From positions 169,446,001-169,510,000 of the forward strand of contig OZ024741.1 of assembly GCA_964016885.1 (NCBI GenBank): a DNA stretch of 64,000 bases, written 5' to 3'. Shown here piece by piece: positions 36,864 to 49,790 of the stretch. The notes under the pieces were generated by a model that searched no databases, had not been told where the DNA came from, and worked only from the letters and a program-made list of their open reading frames with translations. The translations under genes and the position numbers were made by a program. Within the stretch, counting starts at the first letter, position 1, and the number at the start of each line of letters is the position of its first letter. This stretch comes from Eledone cirrhosa (lineage: Eukaryota).

Positions 36864-39261
36864 TGTTTCAGATTGCACACTAGACTGGCTCTCACTGGAG
36901 GAACTACTTCCTGTAAAGAGAAGAAAAGGATTAGTTTTAATTTTTGAAAACAGAATGAAATAATTTGTTTTCACTTACATAAATGGATCACCCATAACAT
37001 AGTCATCAAGCAAAATCAGTGTGTGGTGACAAAGGTGGCCCTTTGAACTACAAGTACAATTCATGCAATAGTTTTCCATACAGTTTCTGTCTACTTCTCA
37101 ATTTCACTCAAAAAGGTTGAGTCAATCTGGGGTTATCATGAGACATACTTAGCTAAGATGCTACATAGTAGAATCAAACTCAAAACCTCGTGTTTGTGAC
37201 GCTAACATAACTGTTCAGCCATGCTGTGGATATAGCAGGTGATGTGAAGATTTATCCAACTCATATCAGCATGAGACTGGTAGATGAATGCATTCTCAAA
37301 CTGAAGACCTAACCCAAATATTTGCAACAGAGTGGACTCCACTAAAGACACTCAAGGGCCAGTTGGTGGTATTAAACTGGGTGACAGTATATCACCCAAA
37401 GAGATAATCGTCAGATATTACATTAATGGAATGGCTGATATATACAAGTCTCCATCAACTGACTTTCATAAGCCAATGGATATTCTATTTACTAGAAATA
37501 ACAAGCAAAAGTCACACCACACTGTCTTTAAAATGGAAAGACATATTAGACAGGCATCCATCTGTAAAATACTGCCTAAACGAAAATCCTCTAACTGATG
37601 CTAGTCTTTTACATGTTCCAGGTCATGATCTGTAGCCATGTTGGGGTTGAAATAATGAAAAAAAATGATAAATTGGTCAATGTAGTCCCTTTTATAGGAG
37701 AAAAAAACTGGAATGGTTACAAGTGAAACATTTTTCAATATAGTAGTGCTGGATCAACCCACCACTAAGATATCAAGTAGAAATACTCTAAACCATTGCA
37801 CCTACAGAGAACGTTTCAACACATCAAAAATAGCAGTCAAATCTCCATGAAACCACATCCTTTTCATTACTTTATTTCTGATCTGTGTTACTTTGAATGC
37901 TTTCAGTAGAAAACCATTTTTTTTTCATGAGAACAAGTTGCTTGTTCTTCATTTCATCTCTCCTCTATTTCGAGGGATGCTGTGAGTAGTCTCCCACACT
38001 CCCCATCACCGTAAAACAAAACTGATTTAGAGAGAAACAGAGCAAGAGAAGAAATCCCAGTACTTGACACATACTTTATTGACCCTAAAAAGACGAAAGC
38101 CAAAGTTGACTTTGATGGGATTTCAGAGCACAGAAAGCTAACACAAATAGTATAAGGTATTCACCCACTTATACCAGACATTATGATGATTTTTTTTCCC
38201 AAAGAAAAGGGAAAATCATATTTCAGCAGGTCAAATGACCATGAAGAGAGACCCTTTTTAACTGGACAAGTAGAAATGGAAGCTGAAGAATGTAGAAACA
38301 TTTCCAGAGAACTACTACTACCATCACCACCTCTACATACTACTATTGCTTGTATATAAAATAGTTATAGTAGTAGTGGTATTATTTTATTAGTAGAAGT
38401 TCAATGACTGTGTAAAAATAGCAGGGTAGGTAGACACATGAGCAGAAACTACCTATAAAGTCTCAATTGCAAGAGAGATTGTTTACTTACTGTGAGGTTA
38501 ACTTGTGCAACTAACATATGCAACAACACCCCCTCAAACATGCATACAAACATATACAGCAAAAGGAATTCAACAAGAAGGAGAATAAAAAATGTCAAAA
38601 ATGAAAAATAAACACATTGAGATGATATATAAAAACAACAACACAAATTATAATTCTGTGTGTGTGTGTGTGTGTATGTGTGTGTATGTGCAAACAAAGT
38701 TATTCTCCCATTTCCACTAGTCTCAATTTAACTTTACCAGTAACGCACCCAACCTACCCACAAAAGTTTGAAAAACAAACAATGGCTACACACACACAAA
38801 CTATAAATCATAACATACATATATATATATATACAAATTTGGTGTACATCTGGTTAGTGAGAGTTGATGCAACTAACAGACTTATCCCCATGACTGTAAA
38901 AGATATCATCACCACCCCCTATCATCTACCTGTACCAACATCCTGTTCAGAATCACATGCAATCTGCCATTATATCATAAAATCACCACTCCTCTCAAAA
39001 TACATCTGACACCCTAATCCCTTTGATAAATAAAGAAACTTGTAATAACTAAAACTAACTAGGATCATATTGCTTGATCAAAGTTGAGCTGTGGTTAAAC
39101 AATATAATCATTGGTTCGTTTTTCCATTCTAGCACGAGTTGAATAGGCTTCATCATTTAAAACAGTTTTCTGTTAGTTTATTATATATAACTACTCTATT
39201 ATGTGTTCCAGCCGACAGGATGAAGCCATGGTGGAACACCAGCATATATATATATATATAT

Positions 39262-39912
39262 AGGCGATGAATTGGTTCCTGAATACTGTGATAACTGGAG
39301 ATGAGACATGGGTGTACAGGTTTGATCTGGAAACCAAAGCTCAGTTAACACAGTAGTAGCATCCAACAATGCCAAGCGCCCAAAAAGCAAAATCAAAGTG
39401 ATAAGGACTGTTTCCTTCAACTACTGAGATTTAGTGTATCACAAATACACACCAGATAAACAGTTACAAAAGAGTAATCAGAAAATCCTGACATCTTTGT
39501 GATGCAGTTTTACCAAGTGATTGGATCAGTAGGCCTCGCAAAGCTGGTAGCTACATCATGAAAATGGCCCCAGCTCATTCCTCGCAGCTGGTCCAAGGTT
39601 TCTTAAGAAAGAAGAGTATTTTGCTTATTCACTAGGCTCCCTACTCTCCAGAAATGGCTTCTTCTGACTACTGGTTGCTCTCCAAATTGAACATTGCCAC
39701 TGAAAAACTTCGGCTTTGAGATCCAAGTTGACATTATGTAGATTGTGACAGCAAAGCTGAGAGCCATTTTAGACGTGCTTCAAACAATGGCAAGATTGCT
39801 GGACTGTGTGTGTGGAGGCACAAGGGGCCTACATCAAAGGGGATTAGCAATTCAACTGCACCAAGTACATAATATTTTCCCTCGCTTAAGGTTAGGTACT
39901 TTTTTAGTCCTC
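39262..39912 (+). mobile_element. Degenerate mariner transposase remnant
   Basis: Peptides FLNTVITGDETWVYRFD and PYSPEMASSDYWLLSKL correspond to the mariner TGDETW and YSPDLAPSD motifs; multiple stops and frameshifts. Confidence 0.8.
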
Positions 39913-40047
39913 AAAATGGCTCACTAAACGCACACGTTCTCTCCTCATAAAATTTTTTTCACGTTTCTTCCTCTTTTTACTCATCTATTTTTCTATTTCT
40001 TCTTTATCTCATTCTATCTTCTGATGAAGAACTATACCAAGCATTAA

Positions 40048-40263
40048 CCCTTTATTATTTACATTACTCTATATTTACTATTGTATTTTCACTGTAAACA
40101 CTTTATTTCACACAATTATATCACACTATCAAATGTACGAGATTTTGATATTTATTTTGAGAAGAATACTTTAACATAAGTATAAGCAGCTGGTTACGGC
40201 TGGTTTGAACAGAAATAGGTGCGAGAACTCTAGCCAGATATGGCCGGTTTAAATGCTAAAGGG
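40048..40263. mobile_element. piggyBac-type MITE
   Basis: TTAA|CCCTTTA...TAAAGGG|TTAA: TTAA target duplication and CCC/GGG termini; inverted homolog at 42587-42795. Confidence 0.75.
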
Positions 40264-40544
40264 TTAAACTAATATATATCTTCATTGTACTGTATCCTTT
40301 TTTTTGTTGTTTTTTCTTGCACACAATTGCAAAACAATCTTTTACATAGAAATGAGCAAATTTGAATATTGAAAGTATGTTAGCTCATTGTAAGCTACTA
40401 CAAAGGCATAACCATAAAATAGTCAAACAAGTTGGGCATTTAAAACCCACCTCTAAGGGTTTATATGTCCAACCTGTTTGACTATAAAATAGCAGCTTAT
40501 AAAGGCAGCACACCACACCACACTTCTCTATCTCCCTCTCTATG

Positions 40545-40577
<33 letters not shown>

Positions 40578-40647
40578 CACACAAAGAGAGTGTGGTAAAA
40601 TACCAGGTGGACCATAATGCACCAGAGTACTCAATACTTAGGGTAGT

Positions 40648-40772
40648 AGGAAAAGAGTCGGGACCCCGATGACTGAGCTCCGGGCGTTTTGACAGCAAGA
40701 TCTGAACTCAGTTCGGATCTAGATGTCGAAACGGCTGGAGCTCAGCCGTCGGGTTCCTGACTCTTTTCCTAT
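40648..40772. repeat. Imperfect ~60-bp-arm palindrome of a dispersed repeat family
   Basis: AGGAAAAGAGTCGGGACCCCG...GATCTGAAC TCA GTTCGGATC...CCTGACTCTTTTCCT; single arms recur at 52889-52929 and 56997-57054. Confidence 0.8.
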
Positions 40773-41106
40773 ATATATATATTAATATAGTTTCAGAAGA
40801 CCCTGTAAAAGGGTGAAAGCAGCAGTTCTTTGCTTAAACTTTAATTTGTACATATAATAAACGTGTGTGTGTGTGTGCGTGTGCGTGCGTGTGTCCCAGG
40901 TTCAATTGGGGTTAACCACAGTAAGGTACTCAAACAGTTCTAGTCCTTTAAAAGCCATTTCTATATTAAATTTATTTTATATACATATATATATGATTTT
41001 TAACTACAAAACCAGGTCATTGTCATAGCCCACCACAAACAATCACAGCTGTCTAGGTGCCAAGAATTGCATGATTTCTATTATTATTAGCTATGATGCA
41101 AGTTTC

Positions 41107-41144
<38 letters not shown>

Positions 41145-42586
41145 GAGAGGTAGTGATGGTTGTAGCAATAGTCCCAGTCAGTCTTCCCCACTCCCACCCT
41201 CGTACATGCTGTCAAATCATCTACTACTAAGGACTACTAACAGATTTTCAGTCAGCCCAGTATGGAAATCTCTTACCAACCACTCACCCCCACCATCACC
41301 ACACACCACTATTACTACTACAATCACCATGGCTGTCCTTGGGCTAAACAACAACACTACTATTATCAGAGAATAGGAGGCAATCAGTCTGCTAGAATCA
41401 GCAGCCAGATTTCCCTTAAATTACACTCTCGTCTTAATAAAAGGGGAAGGAAACATTGGATAATGTAGTCCTTGATACACTGATTAAAATAAGACAGGCT
41501 GGTCAGGATTAGACTATCTTCGATCATAAATATTCTCAATCATTGGCACAAAACCCACATATTTACAGAGTGAAGTGGCGAGGGAAAGCAGCTTGAAGTG
41601 TGTCAAATCGATTGAATCAACACTAATATATGACTGGTAGTTTTTTATGAATGTAGGCAACATTTGAACTCTGTACGTACTTAAATGCTGAAGGGTCTGG
41701 CTCTATATGGTATAGGAATTTAGATGAACCAATCTGCACAAACACACAAATAAACAATAGCTAAATTCCATGAAATTATACTCTAATCAAGCTTGTAGGG
41801 TGTAATTTAAAGGAATTAGGCTACCATTTTTAGCTTGAACAAACATGCAGAAACTCCCATATTGGTTCATGAGAAGAGAAATGCATAGTCAACACTAGCA
41901 TGGTTTGAACCTAGATCATAAAAGTGTGACATAGCCTTAAGTGCAACAAAGCATTACAGTTCAGTGTTGAACTGTTCTTGCAAAGTCAGAACTGGATTGG
42001 ACATTTAATAAAAATACAATTGAAGTATTGTTGTTGTTGTTTAACCCCCAGTTCAGTCATGATTGCGCTCTGATGATGGAATGAGTTCCAACCATAATTA
42101 ACCCATTTTGGGGGTATATATACATAACTACATTACTCAAAATATCCTTCCTTTTTATGATGTTAAGCTGTGATTTGAGACAAGTTTAACTGCTATTTCA
42201 ATCATGAGAGATCACAGAGACTCTCTCTTTGTTCACTATAAGTTAGTCAGGGGTAATAGAAATTACTTTTGCAGGCCCCTCCATGACTGGTGAGACTGAT
42301 ACTGTCTGATGATCACCACACGACTTCCATAATCATCATTTTAATGTCTGCATCGGTTGGATAAGACTTTTTTTGAAGCAGTACTCAATGGTACAGTCGT
42401 ATGCCTTTTCTAACAATAATCTCTACTTATTTTGTTGATTTCTACAGGATGAACTGCTAAGCAGTAGGACACAAACAACTAGACAGACACACACACAAGG
42501 AATTGGTTAGTCTAATGTACCATCACCTTCAGTTCACCATAATGTACTCTAAAATAACAGCCATTGCTACCAAGTACCAACTTTAA

Positions 42587-42795
42587 CCTTTTAGCATTTA
42601 AACCGGCTGTATCCGGCCAGAATTATCTCCACTCTTTCTGTTCAAACTGGCTGCCCATAGTAATGTTAATGTATTGTTCAAAAAATGAATAATATAAAAA
42701 TCTCATAGATTCAATATTGTGAGATAATCATGAGAGATAAAGTCTTTACAACAAAAATACAATAGTATATATAGAGTAATGTAAATGCTGAAGGG
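42587..42795. mobile_element. piggyBac-type MITE (opposite orientation to 40048-40263)
   Basis: TTAA|CCTTTTAGCATTTA...TAAATGCTGAAGGG|TTAA; ~14-bp TIRs. Confidence 0.75.
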
Positions 42796-45700
42796 TTAAC
42801 TGATTTTTACTTTGTACTTTGAGCCACATAGAATATTAATATCACACATTTATAAACCAATTCAGGAGAATACTTTGCCCTGCTCCCCACTAGCTTCTTA
42901 TATTATAAGTTTTTGTCTCATTCGTTATCTCTTATTGAAAAGAAAGTGGGTGGTGGAGGAGAAGATAGTTATGGTGGTTGTGCAGTAGAGTGCTTGTTTA
43001 TATCTGATAAGATGTCAACTTCAAGTTATATGAGAAGAAGAATGATTAGATAAGGAAATTTGGAGAGACAGAGAGATGGACGGACTGACAGACTGGGGGA
43101 GAGACAGAGAGGGCAATTTATATGAGAATTAACATGTATAATAGAGTTTCTGACTACAACTCACTCCTCTCACTTGCGGCATCCTATGCATGTTCCAACA
43201 AAGAAAATGTTTCTTTTAAAAATGAAAATAGACCTAAGTACAAATTGAGAAAAGGAAAAAAAAAAAAAATAAATAAAAAGCAATGTGGCAGGGTGGGGAT
43301 TTAACAGACTTATTTCAAAGAAATAGGTGATGGTTAACTTGTATATTGCAATGGTGATTGGTTGTTGTTAATCCCTAAAGACATTCTAGCTGTGGCCATA
43401 TGGTTTTTAAAAATATATATCTAGCAATGAATTGACCAATATGATCATTCTTTTTAAGATTGTAGGATATGATTTGAAGGAGATCTGGCAACTATTGCTA
43501 GCAGGACATGCAATCACATAGAATATCCTTTGCTATGATAAGTGGCTTATGTGGATGAATGATTGAAGTTAAAACATGAGTGAACAAGTAAAAGAAAGTG
43601 GTTGGAAAAGGGTCTTGTGAGACAATAGGGTATGGCTACTCAGACATCCTAAGCTGCATCTCTACCCCACCCGATTGGAATGAAAACGCTCACCAGCACA
43701 CCTTAATGTGTGATTTTCTCAAACAGGGAATAGGAAAACTAGATACACACATTAGATAGTATTGTCAACACAATAGCAAATATAAAACCCAAATAAAAAC
43801 ACTGCACATATCCAGTGTTCAGAGCTGTTCTCAATTATGAAGAAAAGGAGTAGGGAAAAGCTCCATACAGTGTACCCATTGAAAACTATGGGAGCAGAAG
43901 GTGTAGTGGTATCACAGGCAGGCTGACAGAGAAGAGAAGTTAGCAATAACAGCGCACGTGAAATAAACTGATCAAAGGAAAGTTCCATAGAAGTAGTTGA
44001 TAGCTTCATTACCTAAGTGACATAATTAGTAGTGGTGGAAGGTGCTCCAAAAGTATAGCTAGAATAAGAACAAGGTGGAAAAAGTTCAGAGAGTTACTAA
44101 TGGTTGGAAATAAAAGAATTCTTTCTCTGATTAAAAGATAGATTGTATGATGCCAGTATATGAAGTACTATGTTGCATGGCAGAGATGTGGGCATTGAAT
44201 ACAGAGGATGTGTGAAGTCCAGAAAGAAAAGAATCAAGCATATTCTATAGAGTGTATGTGTTATGATAGTGTGCATATACAACAAAGAGTTGAGATAAAA
44301 ACTGGCTATAAAAGGAATTAGATAGAATGCACTGGTAGACATGTAATGTGTATGGATGATGATCATTGGGCAAATAATTGCGAGGAGTTCCATGTGGAAG
44401 GAAGATGTGGTAGAGGTAGGCTAAACAAAACTTGGGCAAAAGTGGTGAAAGAGGTTGCTAGGATACTGTGCTGGAAAGGATTTGTCTAATCCATGCAAAC
44501 ATGTAAAAATGAGTTTCTGCAATAGCATAAAACCAGATTTTGGGAAGGATTGTTATGGATATAGTCAACTCCAGTACTTGACTATTATCTATTTCATCAA
44601 CCCTGGAGATAATACTCAAGCCAATTATATCTCAACATGAATGAACACAATACAGACTGAGGCAACTATAGAAAGATAATGATTGTTTTGATTTGTACAT
44701 AAAACACTTCAAATAATGCTTAGTAAATTTTTCTGTATAATAACGATTTTTTTAGAGTATTTCTTTTTTACAACACACTTGAGCTGAATTTATCAATCTT
44801 ATCTAAACCCACTTAATGATATGTATCATAGCACAGTGATCAGTCAATCATTTCTCTAAGTATATTGTCAGCTGTCAGGGTAGGTTCATAGGGCAGGTTC
44901 CTCATCCATTTATAACCACCTTCATGTAGTGCTGAGCAGAGACAGATCTACTTACCAGGAGAGAGACAATGTCTCCCAAGATGAAAAACGTTTGTCTTGA
45001 GCCTAGAGGCACATGCAGCTGGAGCTTAACCTGGGTTTCATAAGGCATTAAGTGATTGAGAGTACAAAATCCCCTGCTGGGTGGTTAACCCCAACTGTTG
45101 CTAATACATATTACTTTGCATAAGTGAAATGGAGCAATGTGAAACCTAGTTCAGGGACTGAACCCATGGCCCCATGATAGTGATCAACATCTGAACCACA
45201 ACATTGCACACATTCATATAATCTATAACTGTTTCTACATTAGGCACAAGGCCAGCAATTAACAAGTAACTTACCTCCAATAAGAACCAACACTTAACCA
45301 AGCTACCTATGCTAGCTCATGTACTGCAACTTTCTCAGTGAGAGAAAGTGTGGCCGAGTGGATACTGGGAAGGCAGAGGAGGTATTAGAAAAGGTACTGA
45401 GAGGTCAGCAGTTCACATTCTGTCAAAGACACTGTGTTGTAATTAAATCAAAATTCTTAATGTGGGAACCTATATGTAAGTAGACAAGGAAGCAGTCACC
45501 CCCACTCCACCCCAATACTATACTCTTTTAAATGATCCAGTCCACTTAATTATAAATAGGCACTACAAGATAGGAACACTTAACACTAACCCCTTTGATG
45601 ATAACCCATCCCTGGTTCTATGATACAAAACTGTTTGTTTTAAAGTGTTTATATTTATCTAAAAACTGTCCATCATAATTTTCTATAAGAACCTTTTTTA

Positions 45701-46068
45701 AGTTATGTTTCAAACACCAGATAAATAATGAGTACATTAGGTATATTATTTAATCTCTTCAGTGTCTTTCATATATATATATATGATGATGATGATGATA
45801 TATACAAACACACACACATTTCTTTGTCTATTGCGGACCAAGACAAACATCTTCCAGTTGTTAAAAATTAAATATATCCAGTCACCTCTAAACTGAACTA
45901 TAATAATAACAATAGTAATAATAGATTTCAAATAAGACACTTTAATATTTCTGTATCTCTCCACCCCCGCACAGAACTCGAGTCACGAATTGCTGCAGCA
46001 TATCCCCCCCCCCCCCCCCCCCGACCCCTACAGCTCAAGACAAGAAGTGCTACACACGTGTGTGTGTG

Positions 46069-46109
<41 letters not shown>

Positions 46110-46505
46110 ACTTGACATTATTCACAAATTGCCTGTAATACGATCTTGCTGAGAACCAAGAGAAATACAGGTCAGATGTGAAAGGAGGTTTGGAACAAAA
46201 ATGTGTGTGTGTGGATGTACAAACGCACATACACATATGGAAAAAGGAACAATATAAAAATGGAACAACAAATCATGATAAAAACAACTTGAAGAAATAA
46301 AATGAAGATGAAGTGGGATGTTATGGATAAGAACTTTCTTAATTTGGCACAGAACTGAGTAACTATACTATACAGCAAATAATGATTTGCAGACACTGAT
46401 TGTTGTATATTCCCATGCAGATCATTAATGAATGAAACAGCTCCTATATTTAATCCTAAATAAGGCATCAAGAAACTAGGCACACACACGTGTGTTCATG
46501 TATAC

Positions 46506-46747
46506 CAGGGGTGGTGGAAGCATTTCTGAATTTGAGTGGGCAGGGTGGGGTTGAGGGCAAATTTGGTCAATTTAGTTGTAGTGATTAGTTTAGCTGTTAT
46601 CAAATATCAAACAAGATATAAAAAAATTCTATATGCGATAAACATAACATGTACATAAATTGTAGCGCATATACAAATAAATGTGTGTTTTGGTAGATTG
46701 GGTGAAAAATATAATTATTGGGGGTGGGGCATGGCCAACCGCCCCTG
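46506..46747. mobile_element. Possible MITE with CAGGGG termini
   Basis: CAGGGGTGGT...ACCGCCCCTG short TIRs flanked by TATAC on both sides. Confidence 0.4.
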
Positions 46748-49013
46748 TATACACACACACACACACACACACTTGAGATCGTGTAGGTGTAACGACATAA
46801 AAAAAAACAGCCCACGCTGTAATTTGACCGTGTAGGTAACACGGTAAAAAGTTCCCAGTCCACACTAAATGTGGTTGGCGTTAGGAAGGGCATTCAGCCG
46901 TAGAAAACCTGCCAGATAATCCTATAATAACTTTCATCATTAGCTGGTGTTTGGAACATAAAGGTTATACTCCAACTATGAGGGAAGGTGTTTAGATAAA
47001 CATAAACACTTCAAAACAAAAAGTTTTGTACCACAGGCAGTTGGGTATCAAAAGGATTAAATTAACTGAGATATCATTTTATTGAACCACAGCCAACCCA
47101 CCACTTTCACTTTAAAAAAAAATATTACTTAGTTTAACAGAACCAGTAGAACGTCGTACAAAATGCCTTGTGGTATTTTGTTATGTTCTAAGTTCATGTC
47201 GTAATGGGAGGGTGGAGGGCGACTTTGCCTTTCGTATTTATATAAAGTGAAATAGCAGTTGATTAATTGGATATAAAAAGCGGCAAAGTGGCAAAATCTT
47301 TAGAACAGCAGATTGAATATTTTGTGGTATATACTCAAGATTTGTGCTCTGAGTTCAACACTGCCTTTTATCATTTCGAGGTTGATAGAATGAAGTACCA
47401 AATTGATACTAAGGCTCTCTGGAAGAAGTGTTCTGACCTGGAGAGGGATAGGCTTCACCGCTTTTAAATCCCCAATACAGTGGCCCTTGTGATTCCATTT
47501 TGAGTTAAGGGTCCAATATACATAAACATGAAAATATGTATGTACATTTCAAGTTGTAGGTCACATATTTGCACGTAGGTAGTTGAAAGTTTGCACAAAA
47601 GCATATCTTTTTAAGGTCATAAGGCTGTTATATATTTTTTTCTTGAAATCTCTTTTTTAGCTCCAGACAGAATAACTAAGAATATTGTATACTTTAAAGC
47701 ACTGCAACAGATATTAGAAAAGTTACTGCAATTATGTAAATTAGTCTATTCATTATTTTAGGTTCTATATTTATTGTTTCTTTTTATGCACTTTTATGAG
47801 GCCTAGATTGAACCATATTATAAATGGATTGGATACAACAATTTATCCAAAATATGGAGAATTCATGTGACTATTTTAAGTATTAATAACACATGTATTA
47901 AGTATTAATAAAACCCAATGCTGGGTACAGCTGCTAGTCTCTAATAACTGAGGTACAAATGGAACAGTTAGGAAAGGGATTTAATATCGATTTTTGTAAC
48001 TTGACAGGTTCTTTTTTTTTTAAATGGAGCTGGGAATGATGAAATGCAAAGTCGACCTCAGTATGATTTGAACTCGCAACGTAAGGGAAAGTAACTAAAT
48101 ACCATAACCTTTTGACCGTAACTCTACCGACTCAGCTAACCACAATAATGATAATTGTTTCTACTTTAGGCACATGGCCAGCAATTTTGGGGGAAGGGAA
48201 AATCGATTAAATCGACGCCAGTGTGTTACTGGTGCTTTATCTATCGACACCGTAAGGATGAAAGGCAAAGTTAACCGTGACAGGATCTGAACTCAGACCG
48301 TAACGCTATGCTGCAAAGCATGGCGTCCGACCCTCTACAGATACTGCCAAATGGCTTCTAATTTAAACATAAGCCGATCAATTTGGGGGAAGGGGAGGTA
48401 GTAGTCGATTAATTTGAACCCAGTACTGGCATCAACCCCCAACAAGGATGAAAGTTGAAAGCGACAGGATTTGAATTCAGAACGTAGAGTGCCAGAACAC
48501 ATACCACTTTGTATTTTGTCCGACACTATAGAGATTCTGCTAATCAATAATAACAATAACGCCCCCTCATGCCGACTGAGTCAACAGGTAAAATAAAGGT
48601 TGCCGATGTGTATGAGAACCAGCTGAAAGAAGACAGTAAAGATTGCACAGGTGTATAATATATTATACACACACTACTTACACAATGTGTGTATAACGAA
48701 CAACGGTGTCAGCGAGTGTAAACATATTAAAAGCAGGCGCCGCTCTACTGTCAATAAAACAAAGAGGTTTCACGTTATCAGGTCAATATGTACGTATATA
48801 TATATATATATATATAGAAATATATATATATAGTCCACTTCCACCAAGCGTGAACCTAATATAACTGTAAAAATTGTCTCCTGTGTTTTGTTTTGTTCAT
48901 TTTTCAAATCCCCAATGCTATCTATCTTTCTATATATATAAGTAAAAAAACAAAAGAATAATAACGAAGAGTGCAGTACAAACAGTGTTGGTATTAGGAT
49001 CACGCTTGAGAGT

Positions 49014-49052
<39 letters not shown>

Positions 49053-49587
49053 GAGTAAATAACCAAGGTTTAATATTATTTAATTGATTTCCACTAGTTT
49101 CATTCAAATACAGGAGGGATTAGCATTTTATTTCTTTAGAATCATTATATATATATATATACACATATATACATATATAGTAATTGTGAACATTGTAGTT
49201 AAAAAACAAAATGTTAACAGTAATGGAAATTGTTTTGAGGTTTCGTTCTTGTTGGCAACATATAAACACATGAACACAGAATCAGTTCGTCCGTATTCTT
49301 GAGGCAGCGTATATATACAAACTTAGAGTATTTCGCCCTTTCTACAGAAATACTTATATTTTTCTTTCATGGAACCCCCAAGCTTATTTGGCTGTATTAC
49401 TGTCCACTGTACCAAACACCAAATGGTCGTTAAAATAAAATACAAGTAACGCAATGCGAGTCGATTAAATCGACTTTCGCTTTCCAAAAAAATGTTGGCC
49501 GTATTTAAATCAGAAACCATTATTATAAGTAATGCACTGGGTAATTGCTGGCCTTGTGCCTAAAGTAGAAACAATTATTTCTACGTC

Positions 49588-49790
49588 AGAGTGGTGGATT
49601 GGCAGTATCAGTAGAGTGTTGGACAATATGCTGCGCGGCATAGAGTTACGGCGCTTTACGTTCTGAGTTCAAATCCCGCCGAGGTTAGCTTTGCTTTACG
49701 GGGTCAATAAAATAAAACACCAGTAATGCACTGGGGTCATTTAATCGACTTTTTCCACCCCCCTTGTGCCTATAGTAGAAATGATTATTA
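49588..49790 (+). mobile_element. tRNA-derived SINE of a second family (many copies in the window)
   Basis: A box TGGCAGTATCAG and B box GAGTTCAAATCC. Related minus-strand copies carry GATGAAAGGCAAAG..GGATTTGAACTCAG at ~48030-48545, 51470-51575, 55230-55385 and 58565-58885. Confidence 0.7.

Noticed and set aside
36864-36974. ORF-track N-terminus of the SOCS protein (MKTNYFILF...)
   Set aside because: It starts at a non-ATG codon and runs through a polypyrimidine tract and AG acceptor; 36911-36974 is intronic.
40021-40045. CTGATGA hammerhead-like starts here and at ~51586
   Set aside because: No stem II plus GAAA arrangement follows.
44944-44956. TACTTACCAGG resembling a U1 5' end
   Set aside because: No further U1 similarity; it is simply a splice-donor-like sequence on the minus strand.
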